A stretch of 64,000 bases of DNA. Origin: Eledone cirrhosa. Taxonomy: Eukaryota. Below are positions 12,333 through 23,968 of this stretch, piece after piece (the first letter of the stretch is position 1; each line of letters opens with the position of its first letter). Under the pieces are notes generated by a model. That model worked only from the letters and a program-made list of their open reading frames with translations, ran no database searches and was not told where the DNA came from. The translations under genes were made by a program, and so were the position numbers. Location: contig OZ024740.1 in NCBI GenBank assembly GCA_964016885.1, positions 294,810,001 to 294,874,000 of the forward strand, read 5' to 3'.

Positions 12333-12461
12333 TCAACCGTCAAGCTGTTTCAGGATATCTTCCCTATCATGTAAAATTTTCCAAACTGCATCCTTCTCTT
12401 TCTTGGTTGGTTGTCTCTTTTTCTGTCGTGCACTTTGTACTTTACGATAGGCTTCAAGTAA
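12333..12461 (-). CDS. TADA3: TADA3 last coding exon (LLEAYRKVQSARQKKRQPTKKEKDAVWKILHDREDILKQLDG*)
   Basis: acceptor ttattttag; 129 nt ending TGA; ARQKKR.PTKKEKD..WK...R..ILK.LDG closely resembles the vertebrate TADA3 C-terminus. Confidence 0.96.
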   Translation of the reverse strand, partial: LLEAYRKVQSARQKKRQPTKKEKDAVWKILHDREDILKQLDG

Positions 12462-13844
12462 CTAAAATAATGAAAAAGAAATAATATTTTAGCACCTATT
12501 CAGTGGCAGAGACTGATTGAGTGAAGTCTCAATTTGTTAATTTTTCCATACAGAAAAAAATGTAAATTTATCAACCAAATATTACATTTATTAGTTAGTG
12601 CAGCAGTATTTAATTAGCATTGTGTTTAAATACTTTTTTCCAAAACTTTACAACGCCTTCTTACAATATTATTCTGGAGTTCCTGTGCCAAAGTTAAAAA
12701 TCATCATCATCATTTAATGCCTGTTTGCCCTGCTCTCAAGAGTTGGATGAGATGTCACATACCAAGTCAGTACTTACTTGGAGCCACTGATTTCTCAGAT
12801 GTGTCGGGTTTGCTTAGAGTAAGGAAAGGCATCCAGCCATAGTAAACCTACCAAACTAAAGGTCGGGAGGATTCTTCAACTGTGTCAAAGACATGACAAC
12901 TTCCCTTGATAGTGTGTGGAAACAGATACAGTAAATGAAATACAGGGCCCTTGGCCCATCTGAGACATAAGTGGCTCCGATTAAGTATTGCTTTGGTCTG
13001 TGATGAACAGTCCAACCCTTGCTAACAGGGAAATGTTAAATGATGATGACAATAATTATATAAACACAGGCTAAGTGACTCTCCATAGAATAATTTTACA
13101 ATGGGTTACTTCATCTCTGAAAGATGCCTCAAGCTATCCCTACAAAAATTATAAAGATTACTAAGAACTCCTGCTCCCATTTTTGTTGTTGTTTACTCAA
13201 GCAGAGAAGGTAGAGCAGGATCAATGACCCATTTCAATGCCTTCATAACTGATGAAAAGAAAGAGTGCTCTCAAGAACCAGGCAGTGAAGAAGGAAAGTT
13301 CGAAATGAAGACTACTGCCTGAAGTGTTTGTAACTGCACAGTCATTAATAAACTAGCAAAATACAGCATTGACACATATATTGTGAGATAATGATTCGGC
13401 TTGTGAATTATGTTAAGAGAACACATCTATGGAATACTCAGCTGCCCCTCACATATTTCATGAGTTGGCATGTAGTTGATCCAACAACTAAATACTCATT
13501 GTAGAAAGTGATGGAGAATCAGACCATCTAATGATGTGGAGCAATCACATTTAAACAATCTTATCATGAGTTAGACGGGTCCACCATGCCGGGGGGCAAG
13601 TTTGGCCATGTATTTTACATCTGGATGCCCTTCCTAACACCAACCACATTTACAATGTGGAATGTCATTTGATAAAATATAGCAAATACTGGGGTTAATA
13701 TAATAGATTTAAACCCTGCCTCCCAAAATATGCTGATGCCTAAAATAGAAATCGCTATTGCCTCAGTACATGTTTCAATGAAAAAATGAATTTTTAAAAA
13801 CATAAGCTAAAACTTGTTTGTTATGTTTAAGTTTTAACTAAGAA

Positions 13845-14338
13845 CAAAATTTAGTAACTGACATCCAGGAAGACTTGCTCAATTGCACCTCACAAAAGCA
13901 ATGACACAGGACCAAAATCTCTGGCGTTATGCAGTAATACAGAAGACCTGACTTTCCATGGGCACAGGCGAAGCTAAAGCATATATATAGTATACACCAC
14001 CCCACCCTGCCCACTCCCATACATCTCCTATGAGGACAACCTGAAGTATATATCCAGTGAAGCCTCCAGCCCACATTGTAAAGTGGTTGTGTAAGTGTCA
14101 CAACAAATAGCACCCAGTCTACACTGTAAAGTGGTTGTATAGGTGTCATGACAAAAAGCACCCAGTACTCACTGTAAATGAGATTGGCACTTAGAAAGGC
14201 ATCCAGCTGCAGAAACCAAGACAAATCAGATCTGTATGAGCAAGACATGGTCACCTGACCTGGCATTGCTTACAACAGGATAACTCGTCTAACCCATGCC
14301 AGCGTGGAAAATGGACGTTAAAATGATGATGATGATAA
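13845..14338 (+). mobile_element. RTE LINE 3' end with (GAT)n tail
   Basis: similar to 49010-49485 and 45690-46070; ends ccatgccagcgtggaaaatggacgttaaaatgatgatg. Confidence 0.75.
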
Positions 14339-14414
14339 TGACTTCAGCATCAAGAGCAACTGTTGGTAATGTCTAAGTTTTAACTAAGAGGGACATTAAC
14401 ATTTAGTAACTTAC

Positions 14415-14608
14415 CTCAGCATCAAGAGCAGCTAATTTTTTCCTAAGCTTCTGAGATTCCATTTCTTCTCTGGCCAACTTTATTAATCGTTTTGTCATTA
14501 TTGTGTTTTGATGATTGATGGCTTTTAATTCTTCCTGTTTTCGACGTAATTCTGATAGAATCTCATCATCTGGGTTATCTTCAACTCTTTCATCAAAATC
14601 CAAAATTC
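14415..14608 (-). CDS. TADA3: TADA3 coding exon 8 (GILDFDERVEDNPDDEILSELRRKQEELK...KKLAALDAE)
   Basis: acceptor ttgcag, donor gtaagt; 194 nt, phase 1 to 0; DE(I/V)LxELRxxQxELK Ada3 domain motif. Confidence 0.96.
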
Positions 14609-14766
14609 CTGCAATTTAAAAAGAGAAAAGAAAGAAAAACTTGTTTAAAATTCCACAAATGCATCCCCAAAACTATATAATTCAAGATATTAAAATCTGC
14701 TTCTCAGATGGAAAATAACCTCCACCTCACAAATAAAACAATAACAACAAACACTAGTGTTTAGGA

Positions 14767-15375
14767 CAGGGGTCAGCAACCCCTGGCCCACGAAGGATTT
14801 TTGTCTGGCTCACCAGCAGGTTTCAATTTTAGGCTAAGTGAACCCTGAAAAAGTGCTCTGAATTATTTTGGATTAGAATACCGACTAGAGATGTCTAGCC
14901 ACAAGACTCACTTAGCTGAACGTAATATTTTGTGTGGCAATAACAAACTCAGACAGATAGAACAGTCAGACATTGAGGCCAACAGGACTGTGTGTGCTAG
15001 TATCATTATTTGGCAGTATGTATACCAAAGATCGATTAAGAACAAGGCTGCGTGATAACCATCTGGACAATGTTCTACTCTTGTCCACGACAAATATTTC
15101 ACCTGATGTATAGAAGCTATCCAACGACAGGCAAAAACAAGCATCTCATTAAACAATTTACCAGTTCTACCTGTATTTTATTTGTAGTAAGGAATGTCAT
15201 TAAAGTAATATCACATAAAATTCATTGTTCTTCTTTTAAACCCCGGGATTAAGGTAGTCTTTTGGACAGAGAAGTCTGAGGTCGAGCAAATTTATTATAT
15301 TTTGATTTTATGGCCCACCGACGAGACACTGCATAGTTATGTGGTCCGCACACCCCAAAAGTTTGCCGACCCTTG
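14767..15375 (+). mobile_element. Non-autonomous hAT element
   Basis: TIRs caggggtcagcaac and gtttgccgacccttg; perfect 8-bp TSD gtttagga at 14759-14766 and 15376-15383. Confidence 0.92.
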
Positions 15376-15466
15376 GTTTAGGAGATAATTTCAAGAAATT
15401 AAGAATTAAGTTAATTTGAATGTTTAGAGGGAAAAGACAGTCTGATCTTTGCAGGCAATGGACAAC

Positions 15467-15505
15467 TGTGGACATGTTTCAGTCAATTAAACCTCATCAG
15501 TATCA
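15467..15505 (-). ncRNA. Minimal type I hammerhead ribozyme-like motif
   Basis: minus strand CTGATGA GGTT-taatt-GACT GAAAC-at-GTC: conserved core, stem II and palindromic stem III; stem I weak. Confidence 0.55.
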
Positions 15506-15666
15506 TGCCGTCTAATTGAGCTTACATCTCTTAGCTCATTTGATTTTTAATTTAAGATATGTCACTTGAACATAAATGTGTTTCTATGTAATTTACAGTA
15601 AACAGTAGCGGCGATGTGAAACTAATGAAATGATGGTACTCAGGTAAATATGTTATGTAAATTAAC

Positions 15667-15774
15667 CTTGTTCTTCTAGTTCTTTTTTAATTCTTTTCTC
15701 AAGCTGTACTGCATTACTGATATTTAGCTGTTTGGCTAACATCTTTGGAGAAATTGATGGTGGATCTTCCAAAT
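15667..15774 (-). CDS. TADA3: TADA3 coding exon 7 (DLEDPPSISPKMLAKQLNISNAVQLEKRIKKELEEQ)
   Basis: acceptor acatttcag, donor gttaat; 108 nt, phase 1 to 1; LExRIKxEL motif. Confidence 0.93.
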
Positions 15775-16131
15775 CTGAAATGTAAAAAAGTTCATCAAAT
15801 ATTTTGTAATATTAAAAACAGATCAATTTCTATTCAACATTTAATACAGATTTTATTGCCAATTATCTTTAAAACAAAATTATTGTATTTGATGCATATA
15901 AGAGCTCCCTCATTTCAGAAGGGAATATGAAAAAAAAAATGGCTCAGCATTTAATGGTATTAAAAGATGTAGCTCAACTTCACAAATAAGACCTGGATGA
16001 TATTATTTTAGTCTTTTATGGTAAAAGAAAAGTGGGTCTTTTATTTCAAATACTGACAAAGCAAAATGAAAGTTTTAGATATGATTCAATGAAAACAAAA
16101 ATAACATATTACATAAACATAATCATCATTT

Positions 16132-18480
16132 AATAATAATAATAATGAAAATATTGTGTACAGTGCTCAGGTGCACTACAACTCATCAAAAGTGTATGTA
16201 TAGTACATAGGGTAATGTACAAACGTCAGGAAAATGAACAGTGCATAAGTCATGATATACACATGTGTGCATGTGTATGGAAGGGGGACATCAGGTGTAG
16301 TTTTGGCGAATTTCGGGAAGCATGAGGGTTTTAAAGGATGCAGTGTCTCCTCGGCAGCTAACAACTGACGCAGGCAGATTGTTCCATGCTTCCGCAACTC
16401 TAAGCATGAAAATATGTTTCCGAAAGTCATGGGAGCTGTGCTGTTTTCTGACTGTGTAGGCATGTCCACGTGTGTTAGACACATGGAGATTAAAAAGGTG
16501 CTCAGGGTTGTTGTTGGCGAGATGGTTAATAACTTTGTGGGTGTTTACCAAGTCCATTGCCAGGTGTCGGAGCTTCAATGAATCCATGCCCAGGGAAGCA
16601 AGGCGTTCAGAGTATGGTAGATGCCTGATGGAGGGTATGCGCTTGGTTGCACGTCTCTGAACAGTTTCCAGGAGGTCAATGTTCTGAGCAAGATAGGGGT
16701 TCCAGACTGATGATGCGAATTCCAAGTGTGGTCGTACCATAGCTGTATACAGCTTTAAATAGATGGCTGGAGAGCGGCTAACAAAAGTCTTGCTGAGTGA
16801 TGCCAAGACACCCTCAGCCTTCTTGACAATTTTAGAGATGTGCTTTGTCCAACGCAAATCGCTGCTGACAGTAATGCCCAGGTCACGTTCACAAGAGGAC
16901 TTCTTGATATCAGTGTTGTAGAAGGAGTATGTGGATGCTGGATTTTTCCTCCCAAAATGCATGGTGGTACACTTGTCCACAGCCAACTTCAGTTGCCAGT
17001 CTGTGATCCATTGCTGCATTGTGTCCAGGTCTGATTGTAGGAAAGAGTTATAGATTTCAGGATCTGTCCTTTTGATTTCAAGGTACAGCTTGATGTCATC
17101 TGCATATTTCAGTACTGTGGCATTCTTTAAGTTGGCATTTATGTCATTAATGTATGTAACAAACAAAAGGGGACCAAGAACAGATCCCTGTGGTACACCA
17201 GATGACATCTCATATGGTGTTCTAGAACTGTGACTACCTCTTTTCGGCTGAGAGTGAAGGATTTCAACCAGTTAAAAAGATCATCATTCACACTCATTGC
17301 AGAAAGTTTTGCCATAAGTCTTTTGTGTGGCACAGAATTAAAAGTCTTAGTGAAGTCAAGGTAAACAACATCCACCCATGAGCCGCTGTCAGTGATCCGG
17401 GTAATGCCTTCAAGGAACTCGCAGCTGGAGTTAGGGATAAATCCAAATTGCGAGGGCCGGATGAGGTTGTGAGAGCTCCAGAAGTTCCAAAGTGTTTCTC
17501 TGACACAGGATTCCATCAGTTTGGCCATACAGCTAGTAAGACTGACTGGACGATAGTTGACAGGTGACGTGCGGTCGCCCTTTTTGAACAGGGGAATGAC
17601 ACTGGCAGTTTTCCACTGCTCCGGAGTAGCACCATTGTTGAGACAGTATTGAAAGAAGAAAGAAAGAAAGCTGGTGCAAAAGGAAGTACCCGCCACGTTT
17701 GAGAAGCAGGTATGTAACACCATCAAGACCAGGGGAGGCATAGTTGCGCTTATTCTTAAGGTGATGTCGCAGCATTGCAGGTGTAAATTCCATAGTTGTT
17801 ATGGAATTTGTTGTTAGAGATAGTGGAGATAGTACATTCTGGTTTTCAACAGTAAAAATGCTTGCATAGCACTCAGCAATGAGTTCTGCGCATTCTTTGG
17901 GATCGTCAGTGATCTGGCTTGTGTGGGGATTGCGAAGAGGACCAACTGGAGAGTGAGGTCTCTGCTTTGAATGTACATATTTCCAGAACACCTTACTGTC
18001 AGGATTAGTTGCTATGCACTGTTCAAATTCAAGCACTGCCTTTTTTGTCACTTGCTTGAGATGGTTGGAAGATTTATTCCGCCTTTTTCTGTTGGCATCT
18101 GAATTATGCAGTTTATATTCCCGTTCAGTATTCCGACCTTCTTTCCTGGCAAGTCGGACTGCTGAAGTTTCCCAAATTGCACTTTTGGGGTGGTTTTTTT
18201 TCTGCTTACGTGGCACTGATGCTGCACACGCTATCCATATTGAGTCCAGGATGCTCTGGAGTATAGTGTTCACATTTCCAGAGTTATAGAACTCATGCCA
18301 GTTTGGGCGCTGAAGCTCAGTGCAGTACAAGTTCCAATCTGCTTTCTTCCAATCAAAGCAAGCAGATTAGAGATGGTTCTGGTTTTTGTTGCTGCCTGCA
18401 AGAGCCAGATTGGCAATGATCATAGCATAATCAGAGTTGCCTAGAGGTTCCTCAGTAGTACAACTGATAACCACTTCAGG
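16132..18480 (-). mobile_element. 5'-truncated CR1-clade LINE (frameshifted ORF2)
   Basis: NYRPVSLTS, YLDFTKTFNSVPH, SGVPQGSVLGPLLF..YIND, YADD, ERDLG, RPHLEFASSVWNP; (ATT)n tail. Confidence 0.95.
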
Positions 18481-18496
18481 AGTAGATATGCTTTCT

Positions 18497-18782
18497 CTGC
18501 TAGCAAAGTTGAATAAGTTGTCAACAGATCAGATTAGTACTTAAGCATAGCTACTGACGCCACACGTGTTCTGGGAGCCTGCATCACATTCCCTGCTAAC
18601 GCAAGGTTGAATAAGTTGTCAACATACCAGATTGGTACTCAAGCATAGCTACTGACTCCACACATGTGCTGGGAGCCTGCATCTTGTTCCCTGCTAGCAA
18701 AGTTGAACAGGTTGTCAACAAACCAGGTTGGAACTCAAGCATAGCTATTGACTCCACACATGAGCTGGGAGCCTGTATCTCG
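18497..18782. repeat. Tandem repeat, about 97-bp unit, 3 copies
   Basis: ctgcta.caa.gttgaa..gttgtcaaca..ccag...actcaagcatagcta.tgac.ccacac...ctgggagcctg.atc repeated. Confidence 0.9.
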
Positions 18783-19499
18783 CTTACATATGTTCTACCA
18801 AGTGCTCAGACATGCCTGTGGCCCACAACTCACTTTCATCATCATTGTTTAATGTCAGAAAGGGTTGGACGGGTCAACAGACCAGGTAAGTACTCAAACA
18901 TAGTTACTGATCCCAAGATGGGCAGGTAGTCTAATTACATATGATCCTGTATTCTATCAAGTGCATTTTATCGTGACACCAACATTACAAAGATTGTCAT
19001 GTTTTTGACACAGCTGAAGAGTCTTCCTGACCCTTTGTTTGGCAGGTTTTCTATGGTTGGATGCTAATCATTTTACAGAGTGCACTGGGTGCATTTATTG
19101 TGTAATTCACCAATCGTAGGGATGTTGTCATGTTTTTGATGCAGCTGAAGAATTCTTCTGACCCTTTGTTTGGCATTGAATATATATTATATGTTTATGA
19201 GATGGTCATTACATAAAACTGTTACTAAAACCAATGCAGGAGCCTCTTGACTTGCTAAAAATAGCAACAAAGTCTCTCAAATCATAACCCCATCTTAAAT
19301 ATCACATTAGACAATGTAACTCCTGATAAGATGGGATGGTTATGGTTGGAATGTTTTTGATAATAAGTCTGTTTAATTGGGGCTGACCAGAGGCTAAACA
19401 ACACCAAAAAATTATCACAACATACAATATATTATGAAACAAGAAACAAATCCCAAAACTAAACTTTATTTACAAAGCATTAGTGCCTTAAAACCGACG

Positions 19500-19975
19500 C
19501 CTGGAAATGTTACTATGAGAGAATGTAGAGAAAAAATGGGAGGAAGAGAAACCACCTCCAACACATCCAACAGAAAAGCAAGCCATTAAAGAACAATCAG
19601 AGAGATGAAAAATGGTTAAGCTGCAGGACCATCAGAGATAGTACCGAGATGCTAAAAGCATCAGAAGAAGTAGGAGTCAAACCCACATAGTCAATCAGGT
19701 AATACAGAACGGTGCAATAGTACAATCGTAAATTGCTACAAGGGCAAAGGTGATGCCCTAGAAAGGATTAACTATAGAGGAATAAGACTACCATTCATTA
19801 TAGTTCTCCAGGAGTTTAAGACCAGCTACCTATGGGAACTTCTCCATGCAGATGATCTGGTCCTTATAGCTGAATCCATTAAAGAAACTTAGCCAAAACT
19901 AAAGTGCTAGTGAGTAGGAGAGAAGATAGGACCCTGATCCCATCAGGGAAGTAACCCTGCTTAATATGTAGAAAA
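19500..19975 (+). mobile_element. Internally deleted RTE ORF2 relic
   Basis: segments encoding VNCYKGKGDALE..NYRGI and WELLHADDLVLIAES. Confidence 0.75.
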
Positions 19976-20735
19976 TCTATCCACAGTCCATGATTTTACT
20001 CACCAATCTACACAGTTCATTATTTTACCCACCAATCTACCCAGTTAATGATTTTACCCACCAATCTACACAGTTCATGATTTTACCCACCAATCTACTC
20101 ACAGTTCATGATTTTACCTACCAATCTACCCCCAGAGTTCATGATTTAGCCCACAATTCATGATTTTACTCACAGTCCATGATTTACCCAACAATATAAC
20201 CACATCCATGATTTTACCTACCAATTTACACAGTTCATGATTTTACCCACCAATTTACACAGCCCATGATTTTACCCACAGTTCATGATTTTACCTACCA
20301 ATTTACACAGATCATGATTTTTACCCACCAATTTACAAGGAGTTCATGATTTAATCTACTCAGAATTTATGATTTAACTCACAGTCCATGTTCTTCTCTC
20401 AAGTGCTGGGGTCAAGAAAAATGTACCCAGTGCAACTTGTAAGGTGATTGGCAATAAGAAAGTCATGATTTATGTACCAATTTACCAAAGGTAAATTTTA
20501 CCCACCAATTTACACAGTTCATTATTTTACCCACCAATTTACACAGTACATTATTTTACCCACCAATTTACACAGTTCATGATTTTACCCACCAATTTAC
20601 ACAGTTCATGATTTTACCAGCCAATTTACACAGTTCATGATTTTACCTACCGATTTACTCACTGTTCAATATTTTACCCACCAATTTAACCAATGGTTTT
20701 AATTTACCCATTAGTTTCCACATGATTTAACCTAC
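19976..20735. repeat. Degenerate minisatellite, about 29-30-bp unit (acacagttcatgattttacccaccaattt)
   Basis: over 20 variant units, interrupted at 20390-20466. Confidence 0.92.
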
Positions 20736-21349
20736 GAATTTTGTTACTTTAACTTTTCTATTGTCATATTTCTAATGAAAGACTGCCTATGATTTGAAAA
20801 TAATTTTGATGATCAGGAATTTGAAAAGATTTGTAATATGACTTTCTCACCGTTAAGTTGGTCTTTGGAATGTGGTTTGCATAATATTATGATGAAAAGT
20901 TTATCCTGCCCCTTCCCTTAGTGTAGAGAGGGTTCTTCTCTCAAGTGCTGGGGTCAAGAAAAATGTACCCAGTGCAACTTGTAAGGTGATTGGCAATAAG
21001 AAAGTCATCCTGCTGTAGAAACCACGCTAAAAAGGGGTTGAGAGGACTCTTCAGCTGTGTCAAAGACATAACCTCTATTGTGCTGGTGCTATGATAAAAT
21101 GCACTCGATAGAGAGTAAGAACATATGAAATGTGGGTCCCTGGCCTGTCTGAGCATTCAGTAGAAGCAAGAGGCAGCCACCCCTCCTTCCTGGCCCATCT
21201 GAGATGACAGTAGCTTCACTCGAGTACTGACTCAGTTGGCGACAACTTGTCTAACCCTTGATAGCAAGGAAAAGTGATCTCTAAATGATGATGATGATAT
21301 AAAAAATAGGTACCATAGGGAAAACACATCTTAAATGACGATAATGCTC

Positions 21350-21705
21350 TTAACCAAATATACACCCCAATCCACTACCCCTACTCCATCCTCCCACTCT
21401 CTGTAAAGTTGGTACCACAACATCCAGTCCAAATAAATGAGAAAATGAGATCGAGATCGTGTAGGTGTCACGACAAAAAACACACAGTCCACGCTGTAAT
21501 GTGGCCGTGTAGGTAACACGGTAAAAAGTTCCCAGTCCACACTGTAAATGTAGTTGGTGTTAGGAAAGGCATCCAGCTGTAGAAAACCTGCCTGATAGTC
21601 CTATATGAGCGAGACACAGTCACCCGACCAACCTTGCCTCAAATTGGGACAACTTCCATCTAACCCATGCTAGCGTGGAAAATGGACGTTAAACGATGAT
21701 GATGA
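21350..21705 (+). mobile_element. RTE 3' UTR copy
   Basis: close match to 45735-46065. Confidence 0.8.
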
Positions 21706-21762
21706 AACACTTTAAAATAAACAGTTTTGTATGATAGAAAAAGATTTGTAAGTGTTACATAC

Positions 21763-21875
21763 CTTTAGTGCTAATATCTGTTGTAGTATCATCAACAGGT
21801 GCCATTACATGTTCTTCAATAAGTGCAGTAACAAGTCGCTGAGTAAGAGGACCAAATGGAGAGTCATCATTGGAA
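21763..21875 (-). CDS. TADA3: TADA3 coding exon 6 (SNDDSPFGPLTQRLVTALIEEHVMAPVDDTTTDISTK)
   Basis: acceptor tttcctttcag, donor gtatgt; 113 nt, phase 2 to 1; PFGxLTQRLxxALxEE ADA3 motif. Confidence 0.96.
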
Positions 21876-23466
21876 CTGAAAGGAAACAAAATAGCAATAA
21901 CTAATTAGTTATTAAAATATACTCAGTATTAATGTCTTTAAATCTATGAGCCAAACTGTAAATATTTTACTTCAGTTACTTCAGAAAGATATGATCAGGT
22001 ATACCCCACAATATATGACCAGGCACAACTCTCTCTTCTAAGCCACCTCCATGACCCAATGTTTCCTCTCCCATGATGGTATGAACACCCTCGCACCAAT
22101 ACCTCCTTAGTGCTGGTGCCATGATACAATTCATGCAGCCCACTCTCAAAAATGGTAGTGCTGATGCCCTGATAGAATGCACCCAGCCCACTCTGTAAAG
22201 TGGTAGTGCTGGTGCCTTGATAAAAGCACCCAGATAACACTGTAAATTGGTAGTGCCAGATGTATGTTAAAATGTTTCCAGTTCACACTGTAAAGTAACA
22301 TTAGGAATGGCATCTAACCATGGAAACCGAGCCAAAAATGAAGTATACGAGCAAGACATGGTCACCTGACCAGTCTAGCTTCAGTATGTAACAGGACAAA
22401 CTGTCTAACCCATGCAAGTATGGAAAATAGATATTTGATGATGATGATGATCATCATCATCATCATATCAACTACTTTTCTCTCTGTTATAAATATAAGG
22501 CCTTCTATCAGTGTAAGAAATCAACATTTCCCAAACTAATGAGTTTCAGAAAGATCAGGGATTGTCATCATCGCACAAACAAGGGAGAGTTAAAAACTGT
22601 CACATGACATGCAAGATTTGAAATAATGATTTAACAATGAAATGTTTCTTAACCAAGTGCATAATTTATTTAGCAGTAGTCTGATTTAGTGATTATATGG
22701 TTGTTATTGTTGTTTATCCCTCCCCATTGGTATTGACTGACCAGATCTGTGGTCAAAAGCAATCCAGTCATGACCACGTCCTTTTTCATATATTGTTTAC
22801 TTAGACATTTTAATCAATGTGTTTTTTATTATTAAGATGTTAAGGCATGTGAAAGCCATATTTAGTCGCTTCCTCCCAACAGAAAAAAAAAAAAGCAAAA
22901 TTTAAAATTCATTCATTTTTTCTTTTTTTTTTTAAATACAGATTCAATATCTTAGGCTAAATCAATCAAGTTTTTAATTCAATCGACAGTCGATCGACTT
23001 TCATCAAATCGGTTCGAGGAAATAGTGTTTGCATTGCTCTTTCCAATTGCCAATACTATCTATCGGTCGCAACTCCAGGTACAAGGAGCAATGTAAAATA
23101 AAGTGTCTTGCTCAAGGACACCTGGTCCAGGAATCAAACTCACAACCCCACAATTGCGAATCCAATTCTCTAACCTTTCAGCCACGCACTTTTACATACA
23201 CTACTTATATTTTATACTTACTGAAACATATAACACAAATTATAAGTGAAAGTTTTAATCTTTACTCAACCCAACAGTAGATAGCATACAAGTGAATATG
23301 ACAAATAATAAGAACAAAATTTAAAAAACTAATAAGGAAGTAACAGGCAACAAGTCAATAGCAGAAGATAAAAAAATAATCAAGCATGTTAGAAAAAAAG
23401 GTTTTACATCCAGTGCAAGGAAGAATACTCATGTTAATTGAAGAAATATTTTAACTGCATTATGCC

Positions 23467-23665
23467 TTAACCCTTTAGCATTTAAACCGACCGTATCCGG
23501 CCAGAATATTTTCATCTCTTTCTGTTCAAACCGACTGCTCATACTGATGTTAAGGTATTGTTCTCAAAATAAATAATAAAATCAAAATCTCATTATATGA
23601 GATAAAGCCTTTACCATGAAAATATAATAGTAAATATAGAGTAATGTAAAATGCTAAAGGGTTAA
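23467..23665 (+). mobile_element. piggyBac-type MITE
   Basis: TTAA-ccctttagcattt ... aaatgctaaaggg-TTAA: perfect TIR with TTAA TSD. Confidence 0.92.
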
Positions 23666-23962
23666 GCTAATTTTTCTGACATTTTTTGAACAGCTACTTG
23701 GGAGTTTTAAACTGCATACCAATTTCATTTAAAGCAAAAGTTATTGACTTGGCAAGATGACTTCAGTTCCAAAAACTAAATAGCTTTTATAAAAAGAAAA
23801 AGAAGAATTGAACTTGTTTTTTCCTCCCTAATTTTCTAGCTGTGGCAAAAGGCAAGTTAGGTAGAAAATGTAAAAAAAAAGAATTATAAAGGAGGTAGGA
23901 TCAAGCAGAATTTGAAGTAAAAATAAGTAAATGAGGGTCAGGGGAATCAAATATATACTCAC

Positions 23963-23968
23963 CCTTTC
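23963..23968 (-). CDS. TADA3: Candidate 6-nt microexon GAAAGG in TADA3 intron 5
   Basis: taactaac branch point, pyrimidine tract, TGC, caacag|GAAAGG|gtgagt; frame-preserving. Confidence 0.65.
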
